Positions 36,720-47,102 of a DNA stretch of 59,563 nucleotides are shown here, piece by piece. Below the pieces are notes generated by a model that was given only the letters and a program-made list of their open reading frames with translations, ran no database searches and was not told where the DNA came from. Made by a program: the position numbers and the translations under genes. The stretch comes from Candidatus Omnitrophota bacterium (GTDB lineage: Bacteria; Omnitrophota; Gorgyraeia; Pluralincolimonadales; Pluralincolimonadaceae): positions 1-59,563 of the forward strand of contig PLNR01000008.1 in assembly GCA_003141835.1 (NCBI GenBank), in the 5' to 3' direction. The stretch's first letter is position 1. Each line of letters opens with the position of its first letter.

Positions 36720-39341
36720 ATGAAAAATTTATATGTTTTTATACTGCTGTGTCTTATAGCCACAGCAGTTTTTGTATCCAACCCGGCCGTCACTCCGCGG
36801 TTCCAGTACGAAGACACGGTCCATAGCCATATTCTGGATAACGGGATGGCCGTCCTGGCCAAGAGCACCCACAAGGTCCCGCTGGTTGCGGTTAGGCTTG
36901 TCATAAAGGCCGGGTCGTCGACCGAAGGCAGGTTTGCCGGAAGCGGGATATCCCATTTCGTTGAGCATATGCTCTTCAAGGGTACCGCCGACCTCCCTGT
37001 CGGCGAGATAGAGAAGCGCATAAAATCCTACGGCGGATATATAAACGCCCAGACCTCCCACGATACCACCGAAGTGCACCTCATAGTAAAAAGCGAATAC
37101 CTTGATAAGGCCCTTGATCTCCTCTCGGATTTTGTGTTTAACACTTCCTTCGACGAAAAGGAATTCGCGAAGGAGAAGGAAGTGATATTGAGCGAGATAA
37201 GGATGGACCGCGACGAGCCGTCCAGGAGAGCCTCTGACCTGTTGTGGGAGACCGCATATCTCGTCCATCCGTACAAGTATCCGGTCATCGGCTATGAGGA
37301 CCTTTTCAGGCGGATAAGCAGGGATGATCTCGTGGAATACCACGCGGCGAAATACGCCCCGGATAATTGCGTCCTTTCGGTCGTCGGCGATATAGATGAG
37401 GCTGCTGCCTTCCGCGCCTGCGAAGATACTTTCGGAAAACTAGCGCGCAGGAGAGGCGTCGAATCGCTCAAACCGGCCGAACCCCTCCAGATGTCTGCGA
37501 GAAGGGCCGACGCGCAGTTAGAGGGACTCAAGCTTTCGTATCTCGTCATAGCTTTCCACACCACAAGCCTCGCGGATAAAAATTTATATCCCCTGGACCT
37601 CCTGGCCGCCGCTTTGGGCCAGGGAGAAAGTTCAAGGTTATATAACACGCTCGTCAAGCAGAAGAAACTGGCCTACGGGGTCTCGTCGTCCAATTATACG
37701 CCTTACGACCCGGGGTTGTTCATAATCTCCATGAGGCTCGACGAGCGCAACATAGATGCAGCTTTAAAAGCGGTCCTCGCCGAGATAAAAAAGATAAAGG
37801 CGCATTCCCTGCGCGGCAGCGAACTGGAAAAGGTCAAGAGGTCGGTTTTAAGCGGTTACATATACGGCAGGGAATCGATCGAATCGCAGGCAGATGACTA
37901 CGCCTCGAGTTACGCCTCCACCGGGGACTATAATTTCTCCAGGACTTACATAAACGGCCTTGACGCAGTGAGGCCGGCCGGTATCGCGAAGGCGGCGGCG
38001 AAATACCTGAACGATGAGAATATGAGCGTGGTCACTCTCGTCCCGCAGAAGGCCGGTCCCGCTTTAAAACAGGGGGCCGCGGGGGAAAAGAAAGAATTTG
38101 ATGTCCGCAAAGTCGTGCTGAAGAACGGCGCGGTAGTGCTTTTTGACGTAGACCGTTCCCTGCCCGTCGTTTCGATGAGCGTCGTTTTTAAGGGCGGGGT
38201 GAGGGCTGAAGACGAAAAGACAAACGGGATATCGCGCCTATTCTCCGATGTACTGCTGAAAGGCACGGCGTCGCGTTCGGCTGAATGGATCTCCGAGACG
38301 ACCGAGTCGCGCGGCATACTGCTCGGGGGGTTCAGCGGAAAGAACTCATTCGGCATATCTTTGAAATGCCTAAAAGGGGATTTCGGCCTTTCCCTCGATA
38401 TCGTCTCGGATATTCTTAAGAACGCGTCTTTCCCTGATAAAGAGCTTAAGATATCGAAAGAACTCCAGCTCGCCGCGATAAAGGCGCAGGAGGACGATAT
38501 CTTCGCCGTGGCTTCCAAGGAATTGATCAAAACGATATTCATGTCCCATCCCTACGGGATGCCTGACCTTGGCGAGAAGGGATCCGTTGCGAGCTTGAGC
38601 AGGGCCGACCTCCTGGATTATTACAAGCGTTATGTTGCCCCGGAGAACATGGTCGTCTCAGTCTTTGGGGACATTGATGAGGCGATGGAGAAGAAAGTTG
38701 AAGAGGCGTTGGGCGGCCTTAAGAAAGGCCGGTTCAATGATATAGTGACTATAAGCGAGCAGGAACAGCTGGCGCCGCGTAAGGATACGAAAGAGATGCC
38801 CAAGGAACAGGCGGTCATCATGCTCGGCTATCCCGGCGTCGATGTCAAGAATCCTGACAGGTACGCGCTGGACGTGATAAATTCGATACTCAGCCGGCAG
38901 GGCGGCAGGCTCTATACGGACATAAGGGAGAAGCTCGGCCTCTCGTATACGCTGGGTTCTTTCTCGGTATTCGGCATCGACCCCGGTTACAACGCCTTTT
39001 ACGTGGCGACCACTTCCAAAAATATCCCTGACGCGAAGAGCATAATATTGAATAACATCAGGTACCTGAAGGCCGAGGGGCCGACCCAGGAAGAGATGGA
39101 CCTCGCGAAGAGCGACCTGCTCGGAGGATATTTCCGCGGGCTCGAGGTGGATTCCGATGTCGCCTTTAAGGCCGCTATAGATGAACTTTACGGGACAGGT
39201 TATGATGACGTTTTTAAATATCCCGCGATGATAAAAGCGGTGAACGCCCAAGAGGTCATGCGGGTCGCGAAGAGATATTTCGCGGATTCGAAGCTCAGCG
39301 AGGTCACGGTCGTTCCTGCGGTTAAGGCCGGGGTAAAGTAA
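36720..39341 (+). CDS. Secreted double-length M16 (pitrilysin/insulinase) family zinc peptidase
   Basis: 873 aa with a signal peptide. The first half carries the inverted zinc motif HFVEH (GISHFVEHMLFKGT). The second half is an M16-like repeat without that motif. Confidence 0.85.
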   Translation: MKNLYVFILLCLIATAVFVSNPAVTPRFQYEDTVHSHILDNGMAVLAKSTHKVPLVAVRLVIKAGSSTEGRFAGSGISHFVEHMLFKGTADLPVGEIEKRIKSYGGYINAQTSHDTTEVHLIVKSEYLDKALDLLSDFVFNTSFDEKEFAKEKEVILSEIRMDRDEPSRRASDLLWETAYLVHPYKYPVIGYEDLFRRISRDDLVEYHAAKYAPDNCVLSVVGDIDEAAAFRACEDTFGKLARRRGVESLKPAEPLQMSARRADAQLEGLKLSYLVIAFHTTSLADKNLYPLDLLAAALGQGESSRLYNTLVKQKKLAYGVSSSNYTPYDPGLFIISMRLDERNIDAALKAVLAEIKKIKAHSLRGSELEKVKRSVLSGYIYGRESIESQADDYASSYASTGDYNFSRTYINGLDAVRPAGIAKAAAKYLNDENMSVVTLVPQKAGPALKQGAAGEKKEFDVRKVVLKNGAVVLFDVDRSLPVVSMSVVFKGGVRAEDEKTNGISRLFSDVLLKGTASRSAEWISETTESRGILLGGFSGKNSFGISLKCLKGDFGLSLDIVSDILKNASFPDKELKISKELQLAAIKAQEDDIFAVASKELIKTIFMSHPYGMPDLGEKGSVASLSRADLLDYYKRYVAPENMVVSVFGDIDEAMEKKVEEALGGLKKGRFNDIVTISEQEQLAPRKDTKEMPKEQAVIMLGYPGVDVKNPDRYALDVINSILSRQGGRLYTDIREKLGLSYTLGSFSVFGIDPGYNAFYVATTSKNIPDAKSIILNNIRYLKAEGPTQEEMDLAKSDLLGGYFRGLEVDSDVAFKAAIDELYGTGYDDVFKYPAMIKAVNAQEVMRVAKRYFADSKLSEVTVVPAVKAGVK

Positions 39342-39342
39342 G

Positions 39343-40146
39343 GTGTCCAGGGCTCCTGCGGTAGCCGGGCAATTCTATCCGGGCACAAAGGCCGGCCTCC
39401 AGAAAGAGATAGAGAAATACATAACCAGGGGCGCCGTGAAGATAAAAGCTATCGGCGTCGTTTCCCCTCATGCCGGCTATATGTATTCAGGCGCGGTTGC
39501 CGGCGCGACGCTTTCTTCGGTTGAATTGGCAGGGACATGCATAGTGATGGGCCCTAACCATACCGGGATGGGAAAGCCGTTCTCGATAATGACCGAGGGG
39601 ACATGGAAACTGCCCTCCGGGGATTGCGAGATAGACGAGAAAGTGGCCAAAGCCATCCTGTCGAGTTCGCGATATCTTGAAGAGGATGAGGACGCGCACA
39701 GGAGCGAGCATTCCGTCGAAGTCCAGATACCGTTTTTGCAGGCCCTTAAAGAGGGCGTGAAGATAGTCCCGATGGTCCTGGCCGATGCCGGGCTTGAAGT
39801 CTACAGGGATATCGGGAGAACAATAGCGGAGTCGATAAAGAAGAGCGGCCGGCCGGCGACTATCATTGCTAGCTCGGACATGACCCATTACGAGCCGCAC
39901 GATTCTGCGAAGCAGAAGGACAGCAAAGCGATCGAGGCGATATTAGCCCTCGATGAAGAGGGGCTTGTCGGCGCAATAAGGAAATACGGGATCTCGATGT
40001 GCGGTTACGCGCCGGTATGCGTAATGCTCGCGGCCGCGAAGGAATTGGGCGCGAAGAACGCCAAACTCATAAAATACCAAACCAGCGGGGATGCCTCCGG
40101 GGATTATGACGCCGTCGTAGGGTACGGCGGGATAATCGTTTATTAA
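39343..40146 (+). CDS. MEMO1-family protein (AmmeMemoRadiSam system protein B)
   Basis: GTG start. AVAGQFYPG N-terminus and SPHAGYMYSG. 267 aa. Confidence 0.85.
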   Translation: MSRAPAVAGQFYPGTKAGLQKEIEKYITRGAVKIKAIGVVSPHAGYMYSGAVAGATLSSVELAGTCIVMGPNHTGMGKPFSIMTEGTWKLPSGDCEIDEKVAKAILSSSRYLEEDEDAHRSEHSVEVQIPFLQALKEGVKIVPMVLADAGLEVYRDIGRTIAESIKKSGRPATIIASSDMTHYEPHDSAKQKDSKAIEAILALDEEGLVGAIRKYGISMCGYAPVCVMLAAAKELGAKNAKLIKYQTSGDASGDYDAVVGYGGIIVY

Positions 40147-40186
40147 CCGTTGAAGAGCGTTTAAAATAGGAGTAATATAGGCCGTT

Positions 40187-40432
40187 ATGGACGAACCGAA
40201 GTTCAGCATATTCCTGACCAGCCTCGGGATGCAGGCGATGATATTCCTCGGCGAGATGCCCAACCCTATCAACAATGAAACCAAGGTAGAGCTCGACCGG
40301 GCGAAATACATGATAGATACCATCGCGCTGATAAAGGAGAAGACGCAGGGCAATCTTTCGGCCGAGGAGCAGAAACTCATAGACGATATTCTCTACGGGT
40401 TAAGGCTTAAATACGCGGAGAAGAACAAGTGA
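40187..40432 (+). CDS. DUF1844-like small protein
   Basis: 81 aa. FLTSLGMQAMIFLGEMPNPINNE...IDTIALIKEKTQGNLSAEE resembles the DUF1844 pattern as I recall it. Confidence 0.6.
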   Translation: MDEPKFSIFLTSLGMQAMIFLGEMPNPINNETKVELDRAKYMIDTIALIKEKTQGNLSAEEQKLIDDILYGLRLKYAEKNK

Positions 40433-41358
40433 CGGCCCTTATCATAATATTTTCCGTGGTCGCTTTGGCGTCTATGGTGATATCCTTATACCTCTTTACG
40501 AAACTGCGCCGTCTCCCTAAGGACATATCCGCCGGCGTGACCGGCGCGATGCAGGCCACTACCGGTGCGATAGGCGACATGAACAGGAGCCTGGGCGAGA
40601 TCAAGACCAGGGGAGAGAGGCTCGAGGAATTCGGCAAAGCGATAAACGAGATCGGCAGCCTGCTAAAACCGCCGCAGATGCGCGGTATGACCGGCGAGGT
40701 ACTCCTCGAGAAAATGCTCTCGGATATGCTCCCGTCAGGCAATTACCAGATGAAGTATTCGTTCCGGTCCGGTGACCAGGTAGACGCGATCATAAAATTC
40801 CGCGAGTTCATCCTTCCCATAGACTCGAAATTCCCGCTGGAGGGCTTCAGGCGGATGCTTGAATGCGAATCTGAGGACGACAAACGCAGGTGTTTCAGGG
40901 AGTTTGTCCAGGCCGTAAAAAAGCAGGTGGATAATATAGCTAGAAAATATATCGCTCCGAACGAAAAGACGTTCGAGTTCGCGCTCATGTACGTGCCGTC
41001 GGAAAGCGTCTATTACGAGGCGATAGTAAGGGACAAGCAGTTCGGTGAGGAGACATCGCTCCTTTCGTATGCGACCAAGAACAGGGTATATATAGTTTCG
41101 CCGTCCACGCTCTATCCGTATATCTCGACGATCGTCCACGGCCTCAAGGCGTTCAAGATAGAGGAGAACGCGAAACAGATCCTTGAGAGGATAGGCGCGC
41201 TCAGGAAAGATTTCGAGGATTTCAAAACGGTATTCGATATAGTGGGCCAGCACCTGGGCGATGCCCATAAGAAGTACATGTCGGACGCGGCCCACAAATT
41301 AGCCAAGGTCGAAGCGGACCTCTCGACGCTCGAGCTGAGACATAATGATGAAAAATAA
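40429..41358 (+). CDS. rmuC: DNA recombination protein RmuC (short form)
   Basis: GTGA overlap. N-terminal TM helix. LPIDSKFPLE, FALMYVPSESVYYE and VSPSTLY motifs. Confidence 0.8.
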   Translation: MTALIIIFSVVALASMVISLYLFTKLRRLPKDISAGVTGAMQATTGAIGDMNRSLGEIKTRGERLEEFGKAINEIGSLLKPPQMRGMTGEVLLEKMLSDMLPSGNYQMKYSFRSGDQVDAIIKFREFILPIDSKFPLEGFRRMLECESEDDKRRCFREFVQAVKKQVDNIARKYIAPNEKTFEFALMYVPSESVYYEAIVRDKQFGEETSLLSYATKNRVYIVSPSTLYPYISTIVHGLKAFKIEENAKQILERIGALRKDFEDFKTVFDIVGQHLGDAHKKYMSDAAHKLAKVEADLSTLELRHNDEK

Positions 41359-42319
41359 GTTATCTATCCTGATCAGGATGGCGGTAAGCCTTGTCTTGGT
41401 GGGTGTCCTGGTATGGGTCTTCAGGAAAGACATACCCGATATAGCCGCGGTCCTGAAGAGCGTGAACCTCTATTATTTCCTGGCGGCGTTATTATTTAAT
41501 ATAGCCGCCCTGGTCGTGGTCTCTGAAAGGCTCCGTATTATCCTCGGCGTGCAAAAGCTTAAACTCAGCCTGGGAGAATCGGTATACCTGACTTTCATAG
41601 GGAATTTTTTCAACAATTTCCTCCCCACATCCATAGGCGGGGACCTCGTCAAGGCCTATTACGCCACAAAGAAGAGCGACAGGAAGCTCGAATCTTTTTC
41701 CGCGGTATTCTTCGACAGGTTTTTCGGGTTTTTGTCGATCGGATTGCTGGCTTTCCTCGGACTCCTGCTCATGAACGGCCGTATAAAGGATCCCCAGGTT
41801 TTCTGGGGCTGCCTGGTTTTTTCAGTGGTCGTGCTGGCGGCGTTCATCCTGTTCCTCAACAAGGCCATAACCAAGGCCATTTTCTCCTGGCTGCTGCATC
41901 TTCCCGCGTTCCAAAAGGATTCGAAATTGCGCAAATTATACAACGCCCTAAATGCTTACAAGGAGCATAAATTCGTCGTCACGAAAGTGATACTGATATC
42001 CCTCGCGGCGCAGGTACTTTCCGTGGTATTATTGTATTGCATAATCAGGGGTATCTCCAAGGACATACCTTTCCTTAGCCTGCTCTTGGTGATGCCGCTC
42101 GTTTCTGTCGCCTCGATGATACCTTCGATAAACGGCCTGGGAGTAAGGGAGGGCGCTTTTATCATTTTCCTGGGCGAGTTCATAAGCAAGGAAAGCGCCG
42201 CAGCAGTCTCGATACTGTTCTTAGGGATCGTCCTGATAACGAGTTTCATAGGAGGGGTGCTGTATCTTTTTTCGGGGAAGCTTTACAAGATACCGATAAA
42301 GATAAAGGAGATGGCCTGA
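41345..42319 (+). CDS. UPF0104 / lysylphosphatidylglycerol-synthase-TM-region-like flippase-like membrane protein
   Basis: 324 aa with about 8 TM helices. FIGNFFNNFLPTSIGGDLVKAYY. Confidence 0.75.
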   Translation: MMKNKLSILIRMAVSLVLVGVLVWVFRKDIPDIAAVLKSVNLYYFLAALLFNIAALVVVSERLRIILGVQKLKLSLGESVYLTFIGNFFNNFLPTSIGGDLVKAYYATKKSDRKLESFSAVFFDRFFGFLSIGLLAFLGLLLMNGRIKDPQVFWGCLVFSVVVLAAFILFLNKAITKAIFSWLLHLPAFQKDSKLRKLYNALNAYKEHKFVVTKVILISLAAQVLSVVLLYCIIRGISKDIPFLSLLLVMPLVSVASMIPSINGLGVREGAFIIFLGEFISKESAAAVSILFLGIVLITSFIGGVLYLFSGKLYKIPIKIKEMA

Positions 42320-42477
42320 TGGACGAAAGCCTTATCAAGATCCTCGCCTGTCCCAAGTGCAAGTCGGACGTCGAATCCAGGGACGGTAAGATAATTTGCA
42401 AAAATCCCAAATGTGGGTTAAAATATCCTGTGAAAGACGGGATACCCGTGATGCTTATCGAGGAGGCCGAAAAGTAA
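42319..42477 (+). CDS. Trm112/UPF0434-family small zinc-ribbon protein (52 aa; not in the ORF track)
   Basis: Manual translation gives [52 protein letters not shown]. The ATG overlaps the preceding TGA. Confidence 0.8.
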   Translation: MDESLIKILACPKCKSDVESRDGKIICKNPKCGLKYPVKDGIPVMLIEEAEK

Positions 42478-42479
42478 AG

Positions 42480-42923
42480 ATGAAGAAGATACTGGTGATA
42501 CACGGTCCTAACCTTAACCTGCTGGGCCAGCGCGAGCCGGACGTATACGGCAAGACCACGCTCAAGCAGATAGACGGCGAATTGCAGAAGATCGCGAAAG
42601 CCGAAAAGGTCGCCCTCGAGGCGTTCCAGTCCAACCATGAAGGCGAGATCGTTGAGAGGATAGGGAAGGCGAAGGGCAAGTTCGACTGCATACTGATAAA
42701 TCCCGCCGCTTACACCCATACGTCCGTCGCGATAAGGGACGCGATCTCCGCGGTATCGATACCCGTGGTTGAAGTCCATCTTTCGAACATCTACGCCCGG
42801 GAAGAGTTCCGGCATACCTCGCTTATATCCCCAGTCGCCGTAGGCCAGGTCAGCGGTTTCGGCCTCGACAGCTACAGGCTCGGCCTCAAAGCCGCGATAG
42901 AGATAGCCAAAAAAAAGAAATAA
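42480..42923 (+). CDS. aroQ: Type II 3-dehydroquinate dehydratase
   Basis: Trimmed to ATG 42480. [33 protein letters not shown] and VEVHLSNI. Confidence 0.94.
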   Translation: MKKILVIHGPNLNLLGQREPDVYGKTTLKQIDGELQKIAKAEKVALEAFQSNHEGEIVERIGKAKGKFDCILINPAAYTHTSVAIRDAISAVSIPVVEVHLSNIYAREEFRHTSLISPVAVGQVSGFGLDSYRLGLKAAIEIAKKKK

Positions 42924-42936
42924 CAAGGATTTCAAG

Positions 42937-44007
42937 TTGACCCCATACACCAAGCGCCAAAAAAAGATGATCGCCGTTTTGCGCCGCCACGGCATGGACG
43001 CGTTCTTTGTGAGCAAGCCGGAGAACGTGCGGTACCTGAGCGGATACGGCGGCGACGACGCCTACCTTCTGCTTGCAGGATCAAAGAAATTCTTCATCAC
43101 CGATCCAAGGTATTACCTGCAGGCGAAAAAGGACGTGAAGGGTTTCGAGATAATCATCGCGAAAAAGCCGTTATCCGAGCTTCTCGCGGAGATCACGGCA
43201 AAGCTGAGGGCCGGGAAGGCTGCTTTTGAGGCGGGGCAGCTGCCTTACGCGGCCTACAAGAGGATAGCCGGGGTACTTGAGGAGAGGGGGATAGGATTCC
43301 TGCCGCTTGAAGGCGCGGTAGAAGGATTGAGGCAGGTAAAAGACGCCTCCGAGATAGCTCTTATCAGGGATTCGATAGCCATTCTCGAGAACGCAGTCCT
43401 GTATTTCGCGTCCATCCTGAAGCCGGGCCTAAGCGAGAATGACCTCGCCGCCAAGACAGAGTATTTCATCAGGGCCGCAAGCGGGGAGTGGGCCTCTTTC
43501 GAAATAATAGTAGCCTCCGGCCCGAATAGCGCGTTCCCACACGCCAGGCCCGGGGACCGGATAATAAAGCCTAACGATATGGTTTTATTGGACTTAGGTG
43601 TGAGCTACGAGGGCTACAAATCCGACTTGACACGGGTATTCTTTTTGGGTAAAATTAGTAAGAAGCAGAAGAAGATTTACGGCATAGTGAAAGAGGCGCA
43701 AAGGCGCTCAATCAAAGCGATCAAGCCCGGCGCGAAGATATCTGAAATAGATGGAATTGCGCGGGGCTTTATTAACGCTAAGGGATTCGGAGGCGGATTC
43801 GGCCATGCCCTTGGCCACGGAATAGGGCTTGAGGTCCACGAGGGCCCGTCCGTTTCCAGCAGTAACCACGCAGAGATCAAGCCGGGAATGGTATTCACGA
43901 TAGAGCCAGCCATCTACCTGCCTAATTGGGGCGGTATCCGGATAGAGGATATGGTACTGGTCACGACGAAAGAATGCGAGGTATTAACAGATGATATCGA
44001 CAAGTGA
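42937..44007 (+). CDS. pepP: Xaa-Pro aminopeptidase (M24B)
   Basis: TTG start. N-terminal creatinase-like domain. Metal ligands DLGVSYEGYKSD, HGIGLEVHE and IEPAIY. Confidence 0.85.
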   Translation: MTPYTKRQKKMIAVLRRHGMDAFFVSKPENVRYLSGYGGDDAYLLLAGSKKFFITDPRYYLQAKKDVKGFEIIIAKKPLSELLAEITAKLRAGKAAFEAGQLPYAAYKRIAGVLEERGIGFLPLEGAVEGLRQVKDASEIALIRDSIAILENAVLYFASILKPGLSENDLAAKTEYFIRAASGEWASFEIIVASGPNSAFPHARPGDRIIKPNDMVLLDLGVSYEGYKSDLTRVFFLGKISKKQKKIYGIVKEAQRRSIKAIKPGAKISEIDGIARGFINAKGFGGGFGHALGHGIGLEVHEGPSVSSSNHAEIKPGMVFTIEPAIYLPNWGGIRIEDMVLVTTKECEVLTDDIDK

Positions 44008-44551
44008 TCTAAAAAACGGTTTAACGATAAAAATAGACGGAGAGCTCTTCCAGGTCATAGAGTTCCAGCACGTGAAACCCGGCAAGGGTGGAGCTTTTGT
44101 AAAAACGAAACTGCGCAGCCTGTCTACCGGCAATGTCCTCCCCAGGACATTCCGTTCGGGTGATAAGCTTGAGGATGCGTTTATCGAATATAAAAAACTC
44201 CAGTTCAGCTACGTCGCCGGCGATGAGTACCACTTCATGGAAGAAAAGACCTTTGAGCAGTTCCAGATGACCTCCGAGCAGCTGGGCGACGTCACCCATT
44301 ACCTGAAAGAGAACATGGTGGTCAACGCCTCTTTCTACGATGGCAAGTTGATGAGCGTAGAAGCCCCCATGTTCGTCGAGCTGGCCGTGGTGGAAGCCGA
44401 TCCCGGCCTAAAGGGCGATACGGCCAAGAGCGGCACAAAAGCGGTAAAACTCGAGACAGGATATTCCATACAGGTCCCGTTATTCGTAAATACAGGCGAC
44501 GTCCTTAAGATAGATACCCGCACAGGCGATTACGTCGAGAGAGCCAAATAA
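43991..44551 (+). CDS. efp: Elongation factor P
   Basis: DLKNGLTIKIDGELFQVIEFQHVKPGKGGAFVKTKLR. 186 aa. Confidence 0.96.
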   Translation: MISTSDLKNGLTIKIDGELFQVIEFQHVKPGKGGAFVKTKLRSLSTGNVLPRTFRSGDKLEDAFIEYKKLQFSYVAGDEYHFMEEKTFEQFQMTSEQLGDVTHYLKENMVVNASFYDGKLMSVEAPMFVELAVVEADPGLKGDTAKSGTKAVKLETGYSIQVPLFVNTGDVLKIDTRTGDYVERAK

Positions 44552-44570
44552 AAGCCCAAAGGGGGATAAG

Positions 44571-45020
44571 ATGAACGTAAAAGAACTTAAAGAGATGATT
44601 GCCCTGATGAACGAGAACGGCCTTACCGAGATAGAGATCGAGAGGGAAGGCCAGAGGATCAGGCTGAAGAAAGGGTTCTCCGGGTCTCCGGAAGTGACCC
44701 AGGAGGGAGCGCTTATCCAGCCCCAACAGGGACCTATCCTGGCCGTGCCGCATAAAGAGCCAGAACCTGTGAAATCAAACCTCATAGAGATAAAAGCGCC
44801 CATGGTAGGGACTTTTTACAGGTCGCCTGCGCCGGACGCGCCCGCGTTCGTAGAGGAAGGCACAATGATAGAACCCGGGCAGGTGATATGCATCGTCGAA
44901 GCGATGAAGCTCATGAACGAGATAAAGTCTGAAGTCAAAGGCAAGGTCGTCAACATCCTCGTTGAGAACGCCCAACCCGTCGAATTCGGCCATGCGCTTT
45001 TCCTTATCGAGCCCGCATAA
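44571..45020 (+). CDS. accB: Acetyl-CoA carboxylase biotin carboxyl carrier protein
   Basis: Biotinylation motif CIVEAMKLMNEI. 149 aa. Confidence 0.95.
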   Translation: MNVKELKEMIALMNENGLTEIEIEREGQRIRLKKGFSGSPEVTQEGALIQPQQGPILAVPHKEPEPVKSNLIEIKAPMVGTFYRSPAPDAPAFVEEGTMIEPGQVICIVEAMKLMNEIKSEVKGKVVNILVENAQPVEFGHALFLIEPA

Positions 45021-45023
45021 AAA

Positions 45024-46382
45024 ATGTTCTCAAAAATATTGATAGCCAATCGCGGAGAGGTCGCCCTTAGGATCATAAGGGCCTGCAAGGACATGGGGAT
45101 AAAAGCCGTCGCCGTATATTCCGAGGCGGATAAAGATTCCCTCCATGTGAAATTCGCCGACGAGGCGATCTGCATAGGAGCTTCGGCCCCGTCAGGCAGC
45201 TACCTTAACATACCCAGCATAATAAGCGCCGCCGAGATAACCGATGTCGAGGCGATACATCCCGGATACGGGTTCCTGGCCGAGAACGCCCATTTCGCAG
45301 AAGTCTGCGAATCCTGCAATATAAAATTTATAGGCCCTACGCCGGAAGCGATGCGGCTCATGGGCGACAAAATGGCGGCGAAGGATACCATGAGGAAGGC
45401 AGGGCTCCCTATCATACCCGGCAGCCTGTCGATAGTAAAAGAGAAGGAAGAGGCGCTCAGGGTCGCGCATAAATTGCAGTATCCCGTCATCGTAAAGGCC
45501 GCGGCCGGCGGCGGCGGGCGTGGGATGAGGATCGCTCACAACGATGTCAGGCTAGTCAGCGTACTGATGACCTGCCAGGCCGAGGCCGAGGCCGCGTTCG
45601 GCAACCCTGCGGTATACATCGAGAAATACGTTCCCAACCCGAGGCACGTGGAGTTCCAGATAGTCGCGGACAAATACGGCCACATCGTCCACCTCGGAGA
45701 GAGGGATTGCACCATACAGAGGCGCCACCAGAAACTGCTGGAAGAATCACCTTCGCCTGCGGTAGATCCGAAACTCAGGAAGAAGATGGGAGATGCCGCG
45801 GTAAAAGGCGCGAAGGCCGGGAATTACACGAATGTCGGGACGATAGAATTCCTCCTCGATGAGCACGGCAATTATTATTTCATGGAGATGAACACGAGGA
45901 TCCAGGTAGAGCACCCGGTCACCGAGATGGTCACCGGGATAGACCTCGTTAAGGAGCAGATAAAGATCGCGGCCGGGGAGAGGCTATCCTACAGCCAGGA
46001 CGACATCAAATTCAGCGGCCACGCTATTGAATGCCGCATAAACGCAGAGGACGCGGATAATAATTTCATGCCGTGCCCGGGGAAAGTCACGTTCTTCCAT
46101 ACTCCGGGCGGGCCGGGCGTGCGCGTAGATTCGCACGTCTACCAGGGATATACGATACCGCCTTTTTACGATTCGATGATAGCCAAGCTCATAACTTACG
46201 GGAAGAACAGGTCCGAGGCGATACAGGTTATGCAGAGGGCCCTGTCGGAATTCACAATCGAGGGGATCAAGACGACGATAGATTTCCACAAACGCCTCAC
46301 CGCGGATCCGGCGTTCCTTCGCGGAGAGGTCACGACCGAATTCATAGAGAAGAAGATGGCAGAAAAGGAGGCCGCACAATGA
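45024..46382 (+). CDS. accC: Acetyl-CoA carboxylase biotin carboxylase subunit
   Basis: [17 protein letters not shown], the ATP-grasp region, and [14 protein letters not shown]. Confidence 0.96.
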   Translation: MFSKILIANRGEVALRIIRACKDMGIKAVAVYSEADKDSLHVKFADEAICIGASAPSGSYLNIPSIISAAEITDVEAIHPGYGFLAENAHFAEVCESCNIKFIGPTPEAMRLMGDKMAAKDTMRKAGLPIIPGSLSIVKEKEEALRVAHKLQYPVIVKAAAGGGGRGMRIAHNDVRLVSVLMTCQAEAEAAFGNPAVYIEKYVPNPRHVEFQIVADKYGHIVHLGERDCTIQRRHQKLLEESPSPAVDPKLRKKMGDAAVKGAKAGNYTNVGTIEFLLDEHGNYYFMEMNTRIQVEHPVTEMVTGIDLVKEQIKIAAGERLSYSQDDIKFSGHAIECRINAEDADNNFMPCPGKVTFFHTPGGPGVRVDSHVYQGYTIPPFYDSMIAKLITYGKNRSEAIQVMQRALSEFTIEGIKTTIDFHKRLTADPAFLRGEVTTEFIEKKMAEKEAAQ

Positions 46383-46993
46383 ACATATTGAACAGGATAA
46401 CGATGATGTTTTTCCTGATAGTCTTTATTACGATCGGTATCTTTCTTATCGCCGTATCGGTCCGGTCGGTACAGAGCGAGCCGATAATGAACGCGCTCGA
46501 CTCTATCAACGCCTCCGCGACTTTGCGGATCGGGGTAGGCGTATGCGGCTTCCTCCTTATCGTGATATCCTGGGCGAGCTACCAGTTTACGGTCGCCCGC
46601 ATACATAGGCAGAAGAATATAGCGTTCAATAATCCCGACGGACAGGTTTCCATCTCCCTATCGGCCATAGAGGAGTTCATAAGGAAGATAGGGTCGTCCC
46701 TTCCCGAGGTCAAGGAGATGAAGTCGGATTGCATAGCTACCAAGAAAGGCATCGATATATCCACGAAGGTGATATTTTGGGCCGACGCGAATATCCCCGA
46801 GGCCACCGAAAAGATACAGGGCCTCGTAAAGGCGAAGATACAGGAGATGCTGGGTATAGACGAGCCGATCATAATAAAGATACACGTCACAAAGATAGCG
46901 ACCCGTCCCGAAGCCAAGCCCGCGGCGAAGAAGGGTAAGGACAAGGATGATGTGAGCCTTCCGTTCGGCGGGTTTGATTACAGGAACGAATAA
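46379..46993 (+). CDS. Membrane-anchored Asp23/Gls24-like protein (AmaP-like)
   Basis: Trimmed to ATG 46379 (ATGA overlap with accC). The ORF-track N-terminus, 46073-46378, is out-of-frame overlap inside accC. Two TM helices are followed by an Asp23-like segment, [14 protein letters not shown]...IKIHVTKI. Confidence 0.65.
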   Translation: MNILNRITMMFFLIVFITIGIFLIAVSVRSVQSEPIMNALDSINASATLRIGVGVCGFLLIVISWASYQFTVARIHRQKNIAFNNPDGQVSISLSAIEEFIRKIGSSLPEVKEMKSDCIATKKGIDISTKVIFWADANIPEATEKIQGLVKAKIQEMLGIDEPIIIKIHVTKIATRPEAKPAAKKGKDKDDVSLPFGGFDYRNE

Positions 46994-47102
46994 CCCCGCG
47001 CTGATTCGCTTCGCGAATCAAAACGCTGGGGTAAATTCGCGCATATGACTTACTCGCACAGCGTGTTCGTAAGTCATGCGCTCATTTAAAAAGGGGGAAT
47101 CA

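Noticed and set aside
46073-46378. N-terminally extended ORF-track models: 46073, 51324, 32706, 42396, 25771, 27128, 23144, 4687, 5830, 47076, 36500, 55519, 24812.
   Set aside because: The extensions overlap the preceding gene in another frame, or in one case a terminator hairpin. They translate to Arg/Gly/Pro-rich junk. Each has an internal ATG/GTG with a Shine-Dalgarno sequence or a stop-start overlap that reproduces the canonical family N-terminus, so I trimmed them to the internal starts.
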